Positions 31,548-43,476 of a stretch of 64,000 bases of DNA are shown here, piece after piece (the stretch's first letter is position 1; every line of letters starts with the position of its first letter). This stretch comes from an uncultured Clostridium sp. (lineage in GTDB: Bacteria > Bacillota > Clostridia > TANB77 > CAG-508): positions 27,214-91,213 of the forward strand of contig USGY01000001.1 in the NCBI GenBank assembly GCA_900554365.1. The letters run 5' to 3'. The translations under genes were made by a program, and so were the position numbers. The notes beneath the pieces are model-generated. The model was not told the origin of the DNA and searched no databases. It saw only the letters and a list, made by a program, of their open reading frames with translations.

Positions 31548-32387
31548 ATGACAAGTTTAGTAATTGCGGCGGTAATATTAACTGTAATAATGCTTGCATT
31601 TGTATTCATACTTTTTAGAAATATCATAAGAAAGATGGATGATAATGCAAAAAAATACTTTGTTAATAAAATGCAAGGATATGATTATATTTTAGAAGAA
31701 AAGCAAGAAAAACTAGAAAAAATAAAAAAAGAAATAAATGATTTAGAGGAATCAAATTCAAATATCTTGAAAAGTACTGATGAAAACATAGAGTTTAATA
31801 AAGAAATACATAAGAATAATGAAAAAATTCAGGAAAAATATAAAGAAGATGAGGATATACCTTTAAGAAGAGAAATACGCCAACCAATAAATTATAATCT
31901 AAATGTACCTGATTACAGGGAAACGCAGTTTTTTAATAATTATAAAGAAGTAAGACAAGCATTTACAATTAATAATGAAAAAATCATAAAAGATTTTATA
32001 GCTAAACATAAAAATTTAAAAGAAGAAAAAGAATATAAAGCACTAAAAAAATTAAGAGGAAAATTTGATCAAGATACAATTTATGGATGTTTAACACTTG
32101 ATAAAAAAGAACAAAAAGAATTACTTGAAGAAGCATTAACAGCAACAGAAAAAAAGCTAGTTAAATTTAAAGAACTTTCAGAAAATCCAGATTTTAGTGT
32201 GGAAACATTAATAAAATATATAGATGATAGAAAAGAAAAAATTGATCCAACTATATATATATATACAAATGTATTAGAAAAAAAATATGAAGCTATGGAT
32301 AGTAACATAGTAAACAAACAATATAATAATATGTCTGAGGGTATAATTATTAAATATAGAAATAAAATTTATGATTATAGTATATAA
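31548..32387 (+). CDS. Peripheral-stalk protein, b-like N-terminus (TM plus coiled coil) fused to a delta/OSCP-like C-terminus
   Basis: N-terminal TM then a K/E-rich helix. The C-terminus EGIIIKYRNKIYDYSI resembles the canonical delta end GG(I/V)x(I/V)xxGxx(I/V)(Y/I)DGS(I/V). It sits between c and alpha, where atpF-atpH normally lie. Confidence 0.6.
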   Translation: MTSLVIAAVILTVIMLAFVFILFRNIIRKMDDNAKKYFVNKMQGYDYILEEKQEKLEKIKKEINDLEESNSNILKSTDENIEFNKEIHKNNEKIQEKYKEDEDIPLRREIRQPINYNLNVPDYRETQFFNNYKEVRQAFTINNEKIIKDFIAKHKNLKEEKEYKALKKLRGKFDQDTIYGCLTLDKKEQKELLEEALTATEKKLVKFKELSENPDFSVETLIKYIDDRKEKIDPTIYIYTNVLEKKYEAMDSNIVNKQYNNMSEGIIIKYRNKIYDYSI

Positions 32388-32405
32388 GTAAGGAAGGATA
32401 AAATA

Positions 32406-33737
32406 ATGGATACACATATAAAAAACCTTGTAAATGAAAAGGTATCAAAAATAAAAAGTAAAAATAATATTTTTGATTCAGGAAAGGTTATAAAGATAAA
32501 AGATTATATAGTAGAAGTATCAGGATTAGAAAATGTAATGTACTTTGAAAAAGTCATTATTATGGGAAAAGGAATGGGATATGTTAATGCTATATATGAA
32601 AATTCTGTAATTATAGCTATAGTAAAAGAAGATAAAAAAATAGAAATAGGAGATGTAGTTAATTCCACTGGAGAAATATTTAAAGCTATTTTTTCAGAAG
32701 ATGCTATGGGGAGAATGGTAGATATATTCGGTGTAGACCAATTATCAGGAAAGCCATTTGAGAATTTTAAGTACATAGATATAGAAAAGCCTAATGTACC
32801 AATTATGGATAGAACTTCTGTATGTAGACCATTGCAAACAGGAATAGCTGGAATAGATCTAATATATCCAATAGGAAAAGGACAAAGACAATTAATTATA
32901 GGAGACAAAAAAACAGGAAAAACACAAATAGCATTAGATACAATAGTAAATCAGGGATGTGTTGAACAAGAAAATGGACAAGTAATATGTATTTATGTAG
33001 CAGTTGGAAAAACTAAAAAAGAAATTAAATCTATTTATAATGAATTATTAAAACGTAATGCACTTTCTTATACTATAATGGTAGTTGCAACAAATGATAA
33101 TAAAACACCTGTAATTAGTCTTATTCCTTATGTTGGAATGTCAATTGCAGAAGAATACATGAAAAAGAAAAGAGATGTATTAGTCGTAATAGATGACCTA
33201 AAAAAACATGCCGAAGTGTATAGAGAAATAAGTTTGGTATCAAACAAAACACCTGGTAGAGAAGCATATCCAGCAGATATATTTTATACACATTCAAGAT
33301 TGTTAGAAAAAGGATGTCAACATAAAAATGGAGGATCAATAACAATACTTCCAATTGTTGAAACTAAAGGTGGAGATATTACAGATTATATATCTACTAA
33401 TATCATATCAATAACAGATGGACAAATAGTTTTATCTAATAAAGAATTTTTAAAAGGACAAAAACCTGCGATTGATTATGGAATTTCAGTATCAAGATTA
33501 GGAGGAGCGGTACAAACTCCTAGAATGAAGAAAATTGGTGCAACTGTTAGATTAAAACTTTTAAATTACTTAGAAACAAAAGATGTATATGAATTAGCCA
33601 ATACAGATGAACTAAGTGATGATTTAAAAGAAAAGCTAAAAGAAGGTAAAAAAATAGAAATGCTACTTAGACAAGAAAAATTCGAACCATTTACAAGTGA
33701 AGAAATCTTAGATAGATTCGAAGATTTTGAAGAATAA
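32406..33737 (+). CDS. atpA: F1 ATPase alpha subunit-like protein (short, 443 aa)
   Basis: GDKKTGKTQIALDTIVNQ (canonical GDRQTGKT), ISVSRLGGAVQ and ITILPIVETKGGDITDYISTN. Confidence 0.88.
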   Translation: MDTHIKNLVNEKVSKIKSKNNIFDSGKVIKIKDYIVEVSGLENVMYFEKVIIMGKGMGYVNAIYENSVIIAIVKEDKKIEIGDVVNSTGEIFKAIFSEDAMGRMVDIFGVDQLSGKPFENFKYIDIEKPNVPIMDRTSVCRPLQTGIAGIDLIYPIGKGQRQLIIGDKKTGKTQIALDTIVNQGCVEQENGQVICIYVAVGKTKKEIKSIYNELLKRNALSYTIMVVATNDNKTPVISLIPYVGMSIAEEYMKKKRDVLVVIDDLKKHAEVYREISLVSNKTPGREAYPADIFYTHSRLLEKGCQHKNGGSITILPIVETKGGDITDYISTNIISITDGQIVLSNKEFLKGQKPAIDYGISVSRLGGAVQTPRMKKIGATVRLKLLNYLETKDVYELANTDELSDDLKEKLKEGKKIEMLLRQEKFEPFTSEEILDRFEDFEE

Positions 33738-33762
33738 ATTACTATAAAATAAGAGGTGTAAA

Positions 33763-36237
<2,475 letters not shown>

Positions 36238-36247
36238 GTGGGATAAG

Positions 36248-36805
36248 ATGGAATTAGTATTATATTATATTGTTGAAAGTAGAAATTTATTAATCTCATT
36301 CTTAATACTAACATTTGTACTTGGGATAATTGTATATAGCTTAATAAAAAACTTTAAGCAAAATAAAAAAATGAAAGTAGTTATTTATGGATTGTTTTTG
36401 AAATTCACTAATGTTGATATTTTGAAATTATCTATAATAGTGGTAAAAACGTTTTTAGTTTTCTATGCTATAATGGTAACGAATGAATTAGTAATGTGGT
36501 TGTGTATAGCAATGATTACTATTCTTACAAGTATATATATTATTTGCGAATTCAAAAGAGTAATATATGAGGTTATATATACATCAATACAAGCATTAGT
36601 AATATATTTAATATATTTAATAAACAGTTATATGATGGAAGTTGAATATCTAAATGTAGTAATGGGAGTAAAAGTTTGTTTAATAGTATTTGAAGTAATA
36701 CTTTCAATATATTTGATGTTTAAAAATATAAACATAATATCAGAAGAACGAGTGACAAAAAACTTTAAAAAAGAATCAAAGAAAATAGCGAAAGGAACGA
36801 ATTAG
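36248..36805 (+). CDS. Polytopic (~5 TM) membrane protein of unknown function ending the ATPase-like module
   Basis: ATG at 36248 after AGGTGGG. Hydrophobic segments contain several Glu residues and one Arg. No recognisable a-subunit motif. Confidence 0.65.
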   Translation: MELVLYYIVESRNLLISFLILTFVLGIIVYSLIKNFKQNKKMKVVIYGLFLKFTNVDILKLSIIVVKTFLVFYAIMVTNELVMWLCIAMITILTSIYIICEFKRVIYEVIYTSIQALVIYLIYLINSYMMEVEYLNVVMGVKVCLIVFEVILSIYLMFKNINIISEERVTKNFKKESKKIAKGTN

Positions 36806-36808
36806 ATT

Positions 36809-37579
36809 ATGAAACAACAAACAAAAAGAAAACCTGTAAAAGGAAAAGCAATAAAAAAAGATAAAATTTTAAAAATTGCAATTGTAATTGTTGCGATAAT
36901 GCTTGCTTTAGTAATTTATAAAATATTTGATACATTAGTAATAAATAAAGAACATTATGATTTATCAGGGCAAACATATTACCAATATTTTAGTGGAATT
37001 GAACAAGAGTATTCTGGAAAGATAGATGTTGAGGAAAAAGATGATGAAACTAAATTAGTTTTAGGAAATGGTCAAGTTGTGTATTTAGACTCAACTCCAA
37101 TGTATTATAAAGATATTTTAGGTAAAAGCTTATTACCTAAAGAAATGGAATTAGTAGTACCAGACAGCGGAACATATAAATTAAGCAAATTTACAAATGT
37201 AATAGAAGAAAATAATACAATAAAATTAAAGAAATTAAATAGCAAAAAAACAAAAGACTTAGACAATGGATTTTTATTTGATGGAAATGATTTATACTTT
37301 TTCTTAGATGATACAACTGTATCAGTTGGTGATAAAGATTATGAGTTACCAGCTTTATCATATGCTATAGTTAATTATAAAACAAATGTAGAATTATATA
37401 ATTATGACACAAATGAATATACAATGATTCAAGATGAAGAATCTTTAAAAAGTGATGTTACAGCAACAAATAAAGCTAAAAATTACACAATTAATATGAG
37501 TTTAGATTCATTAAAAACAGAAAAAAGCAATCAATTACTTATTACCAATATAAATAATTTAAAAGAATATGATTATTAG
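36809..37579 (+). CDS. 256-aa N-terminally membrane-anchored protein with beta-rich ectodomain; function unknown
   Basis: Basic N-terminus then TM ILKIAIVIVAIMLALVIYKIF. Starts 3 nt after the preceding stop. Confidence 0.7.
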   Translation: MKQQTKRKPVKGKAIKKDKILKIAIVIVAIMLALVIYKIFDTLVINKEHYDLSGQTYYQYFSGIEQEYSGKIDVEEKDDETKLVLGNGQVVYLDSTPMYYKDILGKSLLPKEMELVVPDSGTYKLSKFTNVIEENNTIKLKKLNSKKTKDLDNGFLFDGNDLYFFLDDTTVSVGDKDYELPALSYAIVNYKTNVELYNYDTNEYTMIQDEESLKSDVTATNKAKNYTINMSLDSLKTEKSNQLLITNINNLKEYDY

Positions 37580-37588
37580 TTAATGTTA

Positions 37589-37617
37589 TTGACAAATCAA
37601 CATAAATAATATAAAAT
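37589..37617 (+). promoter_or_regulatory. Sigma-A-like promoter (TTGACA, 17-nt spacer, TAAAAT) for the valS leader
   Basis: Consensus -35 and a 5/6 match at -10. Confidence 0.45.
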
Positions 37618-37624
37618 ATAAATA

Positions 37625-37868
37625 TATTTGAAAGGCAAAGAAAAAGAGGAGTATATTTGTAATTGGTTATAGAGAGAAGAAGTCTTAGGCTGTAAGCTTC
37701 TTTAACATAAGCAAATAGAAGGTAGCTTTGGAGCTGATATATAGAAATAGTAGTAAATATATCCGGTTAAGAACCGTTAAAACGTAAATGAGATTATTAT
37801 TAAAATAATAAATTAAGGTGGTACCGTGATTTATTCGCCCTTATGTTTTTATACATAAGGGATTTTTT
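37625..37868 (+). promoter_or_regulatory. T-box riboswitch leader controlling valS
   Basis: AGAGA (stem I base) at about 37671. Conserved T-box sequence AAGGTGGTACCGTG at 37815-37828. Terminator hairpin CCCTTATG...CATAAGGG (37838-37861) plus a T-run. A candidate Val specifier GUA lies at 37722-37724. Confidence 0.8.
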
Positions 37869-37901
37869 GTAATTTGCGGTATTATAAAAGGAGGAATAAA
37901 A

Positions 37902-40577
37902 ATGTTAAATGATAAGTACAACCCAAAAGAATTTGAAGATAAATTGTATGAACATTGGGAAAAATCAGGATATTTTAAACCTAGTATGGATAAAACAAAA
38001 GAAAGTTATTGTATTATGATGCCACCACCAAATGTAACTGGTAAATTACATATGGGACATGCATTAGATGGAACATTACAAGATATATTAATTCGTTTTA
38101 AAAGAATGCAAGGATATAATACATTATGGTTACCAGGATCAGATCATGCATCAATATCAACTGAGATGAAAGTTGTTCAAAAATTAAAGGCAGAAGGAAA
38201 AACTAAACAAGAAATAGGAAGAGAGAAATTCTTAGAAGAAACTTGGGATTGGACAAGATTATATGGTGGAGAGATTCAAAAACAACAACGTAAATTAGGT
38301 TGCTCATGTGATTGGGATAGACGTAGATTCACATTAGATAAAGGTTTATCAGATGCTGTTTTAGAAGAATTTATAAATTTATATAATGATGGATATATTT
38401 ATAAAGGAACAAGGATGGTAAATTGGTGCCCTAATTGCAATACTGCAATATCAGATGCAGAAGTTGAATATAAAGAAGAAGCATCACATTTATGGCATTT
38501 AAGATATAAAATAAAAGATGAAGATAGATATGTAGAAGTTGCAACAACAAGACCTGAAACAATGCTTGGAGATACTGCAGTTGCAGTAAATCCTAAAGAT
38601 AAAAGATATGCTGATATTGTAGGAAAAACTTGTATAGTACCAATTGTAAATAGAGAAATTCCTATAATAGCAGATGAATTTGTAGAAACAGAATTTGGAA
38701 CAGGATGTGTAAAAATTACACCATCACACGATCCAAATGATTATCAAGCAGGAAAAAGACATAATCTAGAATTTATAGAAGTATTTGACCAAAAAACTAT
38801 AATGGGAGATTTAATGCCAGAAGTAAAAGGAATGACTGCAATAGATGCGAGACCAATAATTGTAGAAAAATTAAAACAATTGGGAGCATTAGTATCAATT
38901 GAAGATTATACACATAATGTTGGAAAATGTGAGAGATGTAAAGCAACAGTAGAACCAAGAATTTCTGAACAATGGTTTGTAAAAATGCAAGAACTAGTTA
39001 AACCAGCAATTGATGCAGTAAAAAATGGTGACATAAAATTTGTACCAAAAAGATATGAAAAAACATATTTTAATTGGTTAGAAAATATACAAGATTGGTG
39101 TATTTCAAGACAATTATGGTGGGGACATAGAATACCAGCATATTATTGTGATGAATGTGGACATATAAATATAGCCAAAGCAGAACCAGAAAAATGCGAA
39201 AAATGTGGAAGTACTAAATTGCATCAAGATCCAGATACATTAGATACATGGTTTAGTTCAGCATTATGGCCATTTTCAACATTAGGATGGCCAAATAAAA
39301 ATGCAGAAGATTTAAAAACATTTTATCCAACAAATGTATTAGTAACTGGATATGATATAATATTCTTCTGGGTTGCAAGAATGGTATTTTCAGGATTATA
39401 TGCAATGAAAGAAAAACCATTTAGTGATGTGCTAATTCATGGAATTGTACGTGATAGTCAAGGAAGAAAAATGTCAAAAACATTAGGAAATGGTGTTGAC
39501 CCAATTGAAGTAATAAATAAATATGGTGCAGATAGCATGAGATTTTCTGTATTATCAGGAACAACTATGGGAAATGATATAAAATATATGCCTGAAAAAT
39601 TAGAGCAAGCTTCAAATTTTGCAAATAAGATATGGAATGCAGCAAAATTTATAATAATGAATAGACCTGATGAAAAAGAAATTATAAAATTTGCAAATGA
39701 AAATTATGAAGACAAATCATTTAAATCTAATGCTTTAAAAGTAGAGGATAAATGGATAATAAGCAAATTAAATAAATTAATAGATGATATAACTAAAAAT
39801 ATAGAAAATTATGATTTAGGTGTAGCATTAGATAATTTATATGGATTTATATGGAATGAATTTTGCGATTGGTATATAGAAATGGTAAAATCAAGATTAT
39901 ATAGTGAAGATAAATCTGAAAAAATAATAGTTAGTTTCGTACTAGATTATGTATTTAGAACAACTATGAAATTATTACATCCATTTATGCCATTTGTAAC
40001 ATCAGAAATTTACGAGAATTTGGTAAAATATGATGATAAGGAATTAATGGTATCTGAATGGCCAAAATCAAGTGAATTATTAAATTATGAAAAAGAAGAA
40101 AATACAGTAGAAAAAGTAAAACAAATAATTGTTGAAATCAGAAATATAAGAGCTACTAAAAATATTCATCCAAGTAAGAAATCAGAATTAATATTTGTTC
40201 CAACTAAAGATGTAGAAGAAACAAGTAAACAATTAAAAGAATTAGAGCAAATGCTATTAAAATTAGGATTTGGAAATAAAATAACAATAAAAGAAAACAG
40301 CAAAAATATCGATAAAAATACAATAAATATAATGGTAGATGGATTAGAAGTTTATATATCATTAGAAGGATTAATTGACATAAAAGAAGAAATCGAAAGA
40401 TTATCACAAGAAAAAAATAAAATGCTAAGTGAAATAGCAAGATGCGAAAAAATGTTATCAAATCCTGGTTTTGTAAACAAAGCTCCAAAAGCTAAAGTTG
40501 AAGAGGAACAAAGAAAATTAGAAAATTACAAAGAATTGCTAAACAAAATAGAAACAAAACTAAATGAATATAAATAA
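37902..40577 (+). CDS. valS: Valine--tRNA ligase
   Basis: 891 aa. PPPNVTGKLHMGHA (HIGH motif), KMSKTLGN (KMSKS motif) and a C-terminal coiled coil. Confidence 0.97.
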   Translation: MLNDKYNPKEFEDKLYEHWEKSGYFKPSMDKTKESYCIMMPPPNVTGKLHMGHALDGTLQDILIRFKRMQGYNTLWLPGSDHASISTEMKVVQKLKAEGKTKQEIGREKFLEETWDWTRLYGGEIQKQQRKLGCSCDWDRRRFTLDKGLSDAVLEEFINLYNDGYIYKGTRMVNWCPNCNTAISDAEVEYKEEASHLWHLRYKIKDEDRYVEVATTRPETMLGDTAVAVNPKDKRYADIVGKTCIVPIVNREIPIIADEFVETEFGTGCVKITPSHDPNDYQAGKRHNLEFIEVFDQKTIMGDLMPEVKGMTAIDARPIIVEKLKQLGALVSIEDYTHNVGKCERCKATVEPRISEQWFVKMQELVKPAIDAVKNGDIKFVPKRYEKTYFNWLENIQDWCISRQLWWGHRIPAYYCDECGHINIAKAEPEKCEKCGSTKLHQDPDTLDTWFSSALWPFSTLGWPNKNAEDLKTFYPTNVLVTGYDIIFFWVARMVFSGLYAMKEKPFSDVLIHGIVRDSQGRKMSKTLGNGVDPIEVINKYGADSMRFSVLSGTTMGNDIKYMPEKLEQASNFANKIWNAAKFIIMNRPDEKEIIKFANENYEDKSFKSNALKVEDKWIISKLNKLIDDITKNIENYDLGVALDNLYGFIWNEFCDWYIEMVKSRLYSEDKSEKIIVSFVLDYVFRTTMKLLHPFMPFVTSEIYENLVKYDDKELMVSEWPKSSELLNYEKEENTVEKVKQIIVEIRNIRATKNIHPSKKSELIFVPTKDVEETSKQLKELEQMLLKLGFGNKITIKENSKNIDKNTINIMVDGLEVYISLEGLIDIKEEIERLSQEKNKMLSEIARCEKMLSNPGFVNKAPKAKVEEEQRKLENYKELLNKIETKLNEYK

Positions 40578-40590
40578 TAAAATAATGAAA

Positions 40591-40619
40591 AGAAGGACTA
40601 ATAGTTCTTCTTTTTTTTA
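40591..40619 (+). terminator. Rho-independent terminator after valS
   Basis: 9-bp stem AGAAGGACT/AGTTCTTCT then T8. Confidence 0.65.
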
Positions 40620-40629
40620 TAAAAAATAA

Positions 40630-40655
40630 TGTCGAAAACTTCTAAACATACGACA
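40630..40655 (+). promoter_or_regulatory. Two putative Spo0A boxes upstream of the spoIIA operon
   Basis: TGTCGAA at 40630-40636 and an inverted TGTCGTA at 40649-40655. In Bacillus, spoIIA is Spo0A~P and sigma-H dependent. Confidence 0.4.
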
Positions 40656-40743
40656 AAACTTCCTAAGTTTTACTCTTGGAAAATAATGGAATAAATATTA
40701 TAATAAAAACAATTAATGGACAAGCAAAAAAGGAGGGAAAATT

Positions 40744-41058
40744 ATGGATTCAAAATTTTACGATAAAGATAAGCTTCTAGTGTTAAAAATTACTGATGAA
40801 ATTGATGACCATAATGTACAAAATATAAGGAGGAAAGCTGATTATGAAATGGAAAGATACATGCCTAAAAGAGTTGTATTTGATTTTGATAGTGTTACTT
40901 TTATGGATAGTGCCGGAATCGGACTAATAATTGGGAGGTATAAATTTGCAAATATGATTGGAGCTAAATTAGAACTTAGTAATTTAACCCAAAGTGTAAG
41001 AAGAATTTTTGATATGAGTGGTATTTTAAAATTAATACCAACTGTTGATTTATATTAA
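40744..41058 (+). CDS. spoIIAA: Anti-sigma-F factor antagonist (STAS domain)
   Basis: 104 aa. The FMDSAGIGLIIGRYK phospho-serine region. First position of spoIIAA-AB-sigF. Confidence 0.9.
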   Translation: MDSKFYDKDKLLVLKITDEIDDHNVQNIRRKADYEMERYMPKRVVFDFDSVTFMDSAGIGLIIGRYKFANMIGAKLELSNLTQSVRRIFDMSGILKLIPTVDLY

Positions 41059-41110
41059 TAATAGTTTATGGGAACTATAAAAACCCAAATATATTTTATA
41101 AGGAAAGAGT

Positions 41111-41596
41111 ATGTTGAATAATAAAAACATTGATAATGAAATGAAATTAGAATTTGTAAGCAAATCTGCTAATGAAGCATTTGCAAGATTATCTGTCGCT
41201 GCATTTGCAGCTCAATTAGATCCTACTATTGAAGAATTAGCAGATATAAAAACAGCTGTGTCAGAAGCTGTAACAAATGCAATAATCCATGGATATGAGA
41301 AAAAAACAGGAATAGTAAAAGTCTCATCATGGATAGCTGGAGATACAATTGTTATAGAAATATCAGATAAGGGAAAGGGAATTGAAAATATAGAGCAAGC
41401 TAAGGAACCTTTGTATACTACAAAACCTAATTTAGAAAGGTCAGGTATGGGTTTTACAATTATGGAAAGTTTTATGGACACAATGGAAGTAAAATCAGTT
41501 GTAGGACTTGGAACCAAAGTTACAATGTCAAAAAAGATAAAGCCAAAAGAAGAAAATGAAGAAGATGACTTTCATATGCTAGCAGAAGAAGAATAA
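41111..41596 (+). CDS. spoIIAB: Anti-sigma-F factor (serine protein kinase)
   Basis: [11 protein letters not shown] (N-box), DKGKGI and ERSGMGFT (G-boxes). Confidence 0.92.
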   Translation: MLNNKNIDNEMKLEFVSKSANEAFARLSVAAFAAQLDPTIEELADIKTAVSEAVTNAIIHGYEKKTGIVKVSSWIAGDTIVIEISDKGKGIENIEQAKEPLYTTKPNLERSGMGFTIMESFMDTMEVKSVVGLGTKVTMSKKIKPKEENEEDDFHMLAEEE

Positions 41597-41638
41597 ATCA
41601 GAAAGGAGTAAATGGCTTAAAAAAGCCATTGAAAAAAT

Positions 41639-42368
41639 ATGTACGATAATGATAAAGAAAGCATAATAAAAGCTCAATCTGGCGATAAAATAGAGTTAGA
41701 AAAATTAATAAAATATAATAATCGGTCTTATATGGAGCATTGTAAAAAGATTTCAAGGTAGAGGATATGAATTAGATGATTTATACCAAATTGGAAGTAT
41801 GGGATTTATAAAGGCAATAAAAAGATTTGACACAAATTTTGATGTAAAACTTTCTACATATGCTGTACCATACATGATAGGTGAAATAAAAAGATATATT
41901 AGAGATGATGGACCAATAAAAATAAGTAGGAGTATAAAGGAGCTAGGGGTTAAGATAAAAGAACTAAAAAAAGAATATCAAAATAAAAAAGGAGAAGATA
42001 TTTCAATATCAGAAATTCAGAAACAATTAAAAGTTTCAAAAGAAGATATAATTTTAGCACTAGAGGCAACACGAAACATAGAGTCTATAGAAAGCGATGC
42101 ATATACTAATAATAAAGATGGGAACAGCATAAGCTTAAAAGAACAAATTGCAAATGATAAAGATGAAGAAGAATTAATAACAAATAAAATTGTGATAAAT
42201 GAATTGATAAAAGATTTGGAAAAGAGAGATAAAGAAGTAATTTTACTTAGATTTTTTAAAGAAAAAACGCAATCACAAGTAGCAAAAATACTTGGTATAA
42301 CACAAGTACAAGTCTCAAGAATAGAAAGAAGAATATTAAATAATATGAAAGAAAAATTAATATCATAA
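41639..42368 (+). pseudogene. sigF: RNA polymerase sporulation sigma factor F, interrupted by a +1 frameshift at about 41723
   Basis: The first frame (41639-41722) gives MYDNDKESIIKAQSGDKIELEKLIKYNN. The +1 frame from 41724 continues GLIWSIVKRFQGRGYELDDLYQIGSMGFIKAIKRFD through to the 42368 stop. The extra C is at 41723. Confidence 0.85.
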
Positions 42369-42386
42369 ACAAAGTGAGTGATAAAA

Positions 42387-43403
42387 ATGAAAAAAACTAT
42401 TATATATTTTTTTGCTTTTTTAATGATTTTCTTTTTTATTCCAGCATTATTAACCAAAAAAGATGTAAAGACATCAGCAGTACAAAATGAGCAGACGCAA
42501 ACAGAAGTAGTTAATAATACATCAAATACTAATATAGAATATAATTATAATAAATATGGAACAATAAAATTATTACATAAAAAAACAAATACTGTTGAAG
42601 AAGTTGCACTTGATGATTATCTTTGTAATGTTGTTTCAGCAGAAATGCCGGCAGATTATGAAGAAGAAGCACTTAAAGCTCAATCAATTGTTGCAAGAAC
42701 ATATACAATATATAAAATAAATAACAAAAAACATGAAAATGCAGATATATGTGATGATTCAAATTGTTGTCAAGCTTGGGTAGATAAAGAGACTAGATTA
42801 TCAAGGTGGGATGAAGATAAAAGAGAAAGCAATTGGAATAAAATTCAAAATTGTGTAAAACAAACACAAGGAAAAATAATCACATATAACGGAGAACCAA
42901 TAAATGCATTTTTTCATGCTAATAGTGGTGGAAAAACAGAACTACCAGTAAATGTTTGGGGAGGTACAGGCTTACCATATTTACAAGTAGTTGAGACAGC
43001 TGGAGAAGAAGGGTATAAACAATATGAGTCTAAGGTTGAATTAAGCCAAGATGAACTAATAAATAAATTAAAATCTAAATATGCAGATATTAGTATTGAT
43101 TTTAATAATCCTGATGATTTAAAAGTAGCAGAACATACAGATAGTGGAAGAGTAAAAACAATAAAATTTGGTAATCACTATATTTCGGGAGTAGAAGCAA
43201 GAACTTTGTTAGGATTAAAGTCAACAAATTTTGAAATTGAAAGAGAAAATGATAAAATAAAATTTATTGTAATTGGATATGGACATGGAGTTGGGATGAG
43301 TCAAACAGGTGCTGATGCTATGGCAAAACAAGGAAAAAATTGTGAAGAAATTATAAAACATTTTTATTCTGGTGTAGAAATAAAAGAAGTAAATGACTTA
43401 TAA
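42387..43403 (+). CDS. spoIID: Stage II sporulation protein D (SpoIID/LytB lytic transglycosylase)
   Basis: EEALKAQSIVARTY, FHANSGGKTE and GHGVGMSQTGA motifs. The start could be the GTG at 42378 or the ATG at 42387. Confidence 0.9.
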   Translation: MKKTIIYFFAFLMIFFFIPALLTKKDVKTSAVQNEQTQTEVVNNTSNTNIEYNYNKYGTIKLLHKKTNTVEEVALDDYLCNVVSAEMPADYEEEALKAQSIVARTYTIYKINNKKHENADICDDSNCCQAWVDKETRLSRWDEDKRESNWNKIQNCVKQTQGKIITYNGEPINAFFHANSGGKTELPVNVWGGTGLPYLQVVETAGEEGYKQYESKVELSQDELINKLKSKYADISIDFNNPDDLKVAEHTDSGRVKTIKFGNHYISGVEARTLLGLKSTNFEIERENDKIKFIVIGYGHGVGMSQTGADAMAKQGKNCEEIIKHFYSGVEIKEVNDL

Positions 43404-43476
43404 AACTAAATATAAATGTATAATCTCCTCAAAATAGGAAATACTGGTATTAATAAAAAGTTTTAAGGAGGATTAT

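Noticed and set aside
32504-32908. 134-aa antisense ORF inside the alpha-like gene. Similar antisense ORFs occur at 3260-3571, 4208-4552, 12148-12468, 20159-20455, 27054-27401, 42017-42457, 46053-46373 and elsewhere.
   Set aside because: All lie antisense to strongly conserved genes. They lack RBS sequences and recognisable motifs, and such ORFs are expected by chance in AT-rich DNA with few stop codons on the complement of purine-rich coding sequence.
41612-41629. Hairpin between spoIIAB and sigF as a transcription terminator
   Set aside because: No T-tract follows it, and sigF is expected to be co-transcribed with spoIIAA and spoIIAB. It is discussed instead as a possible translational element.
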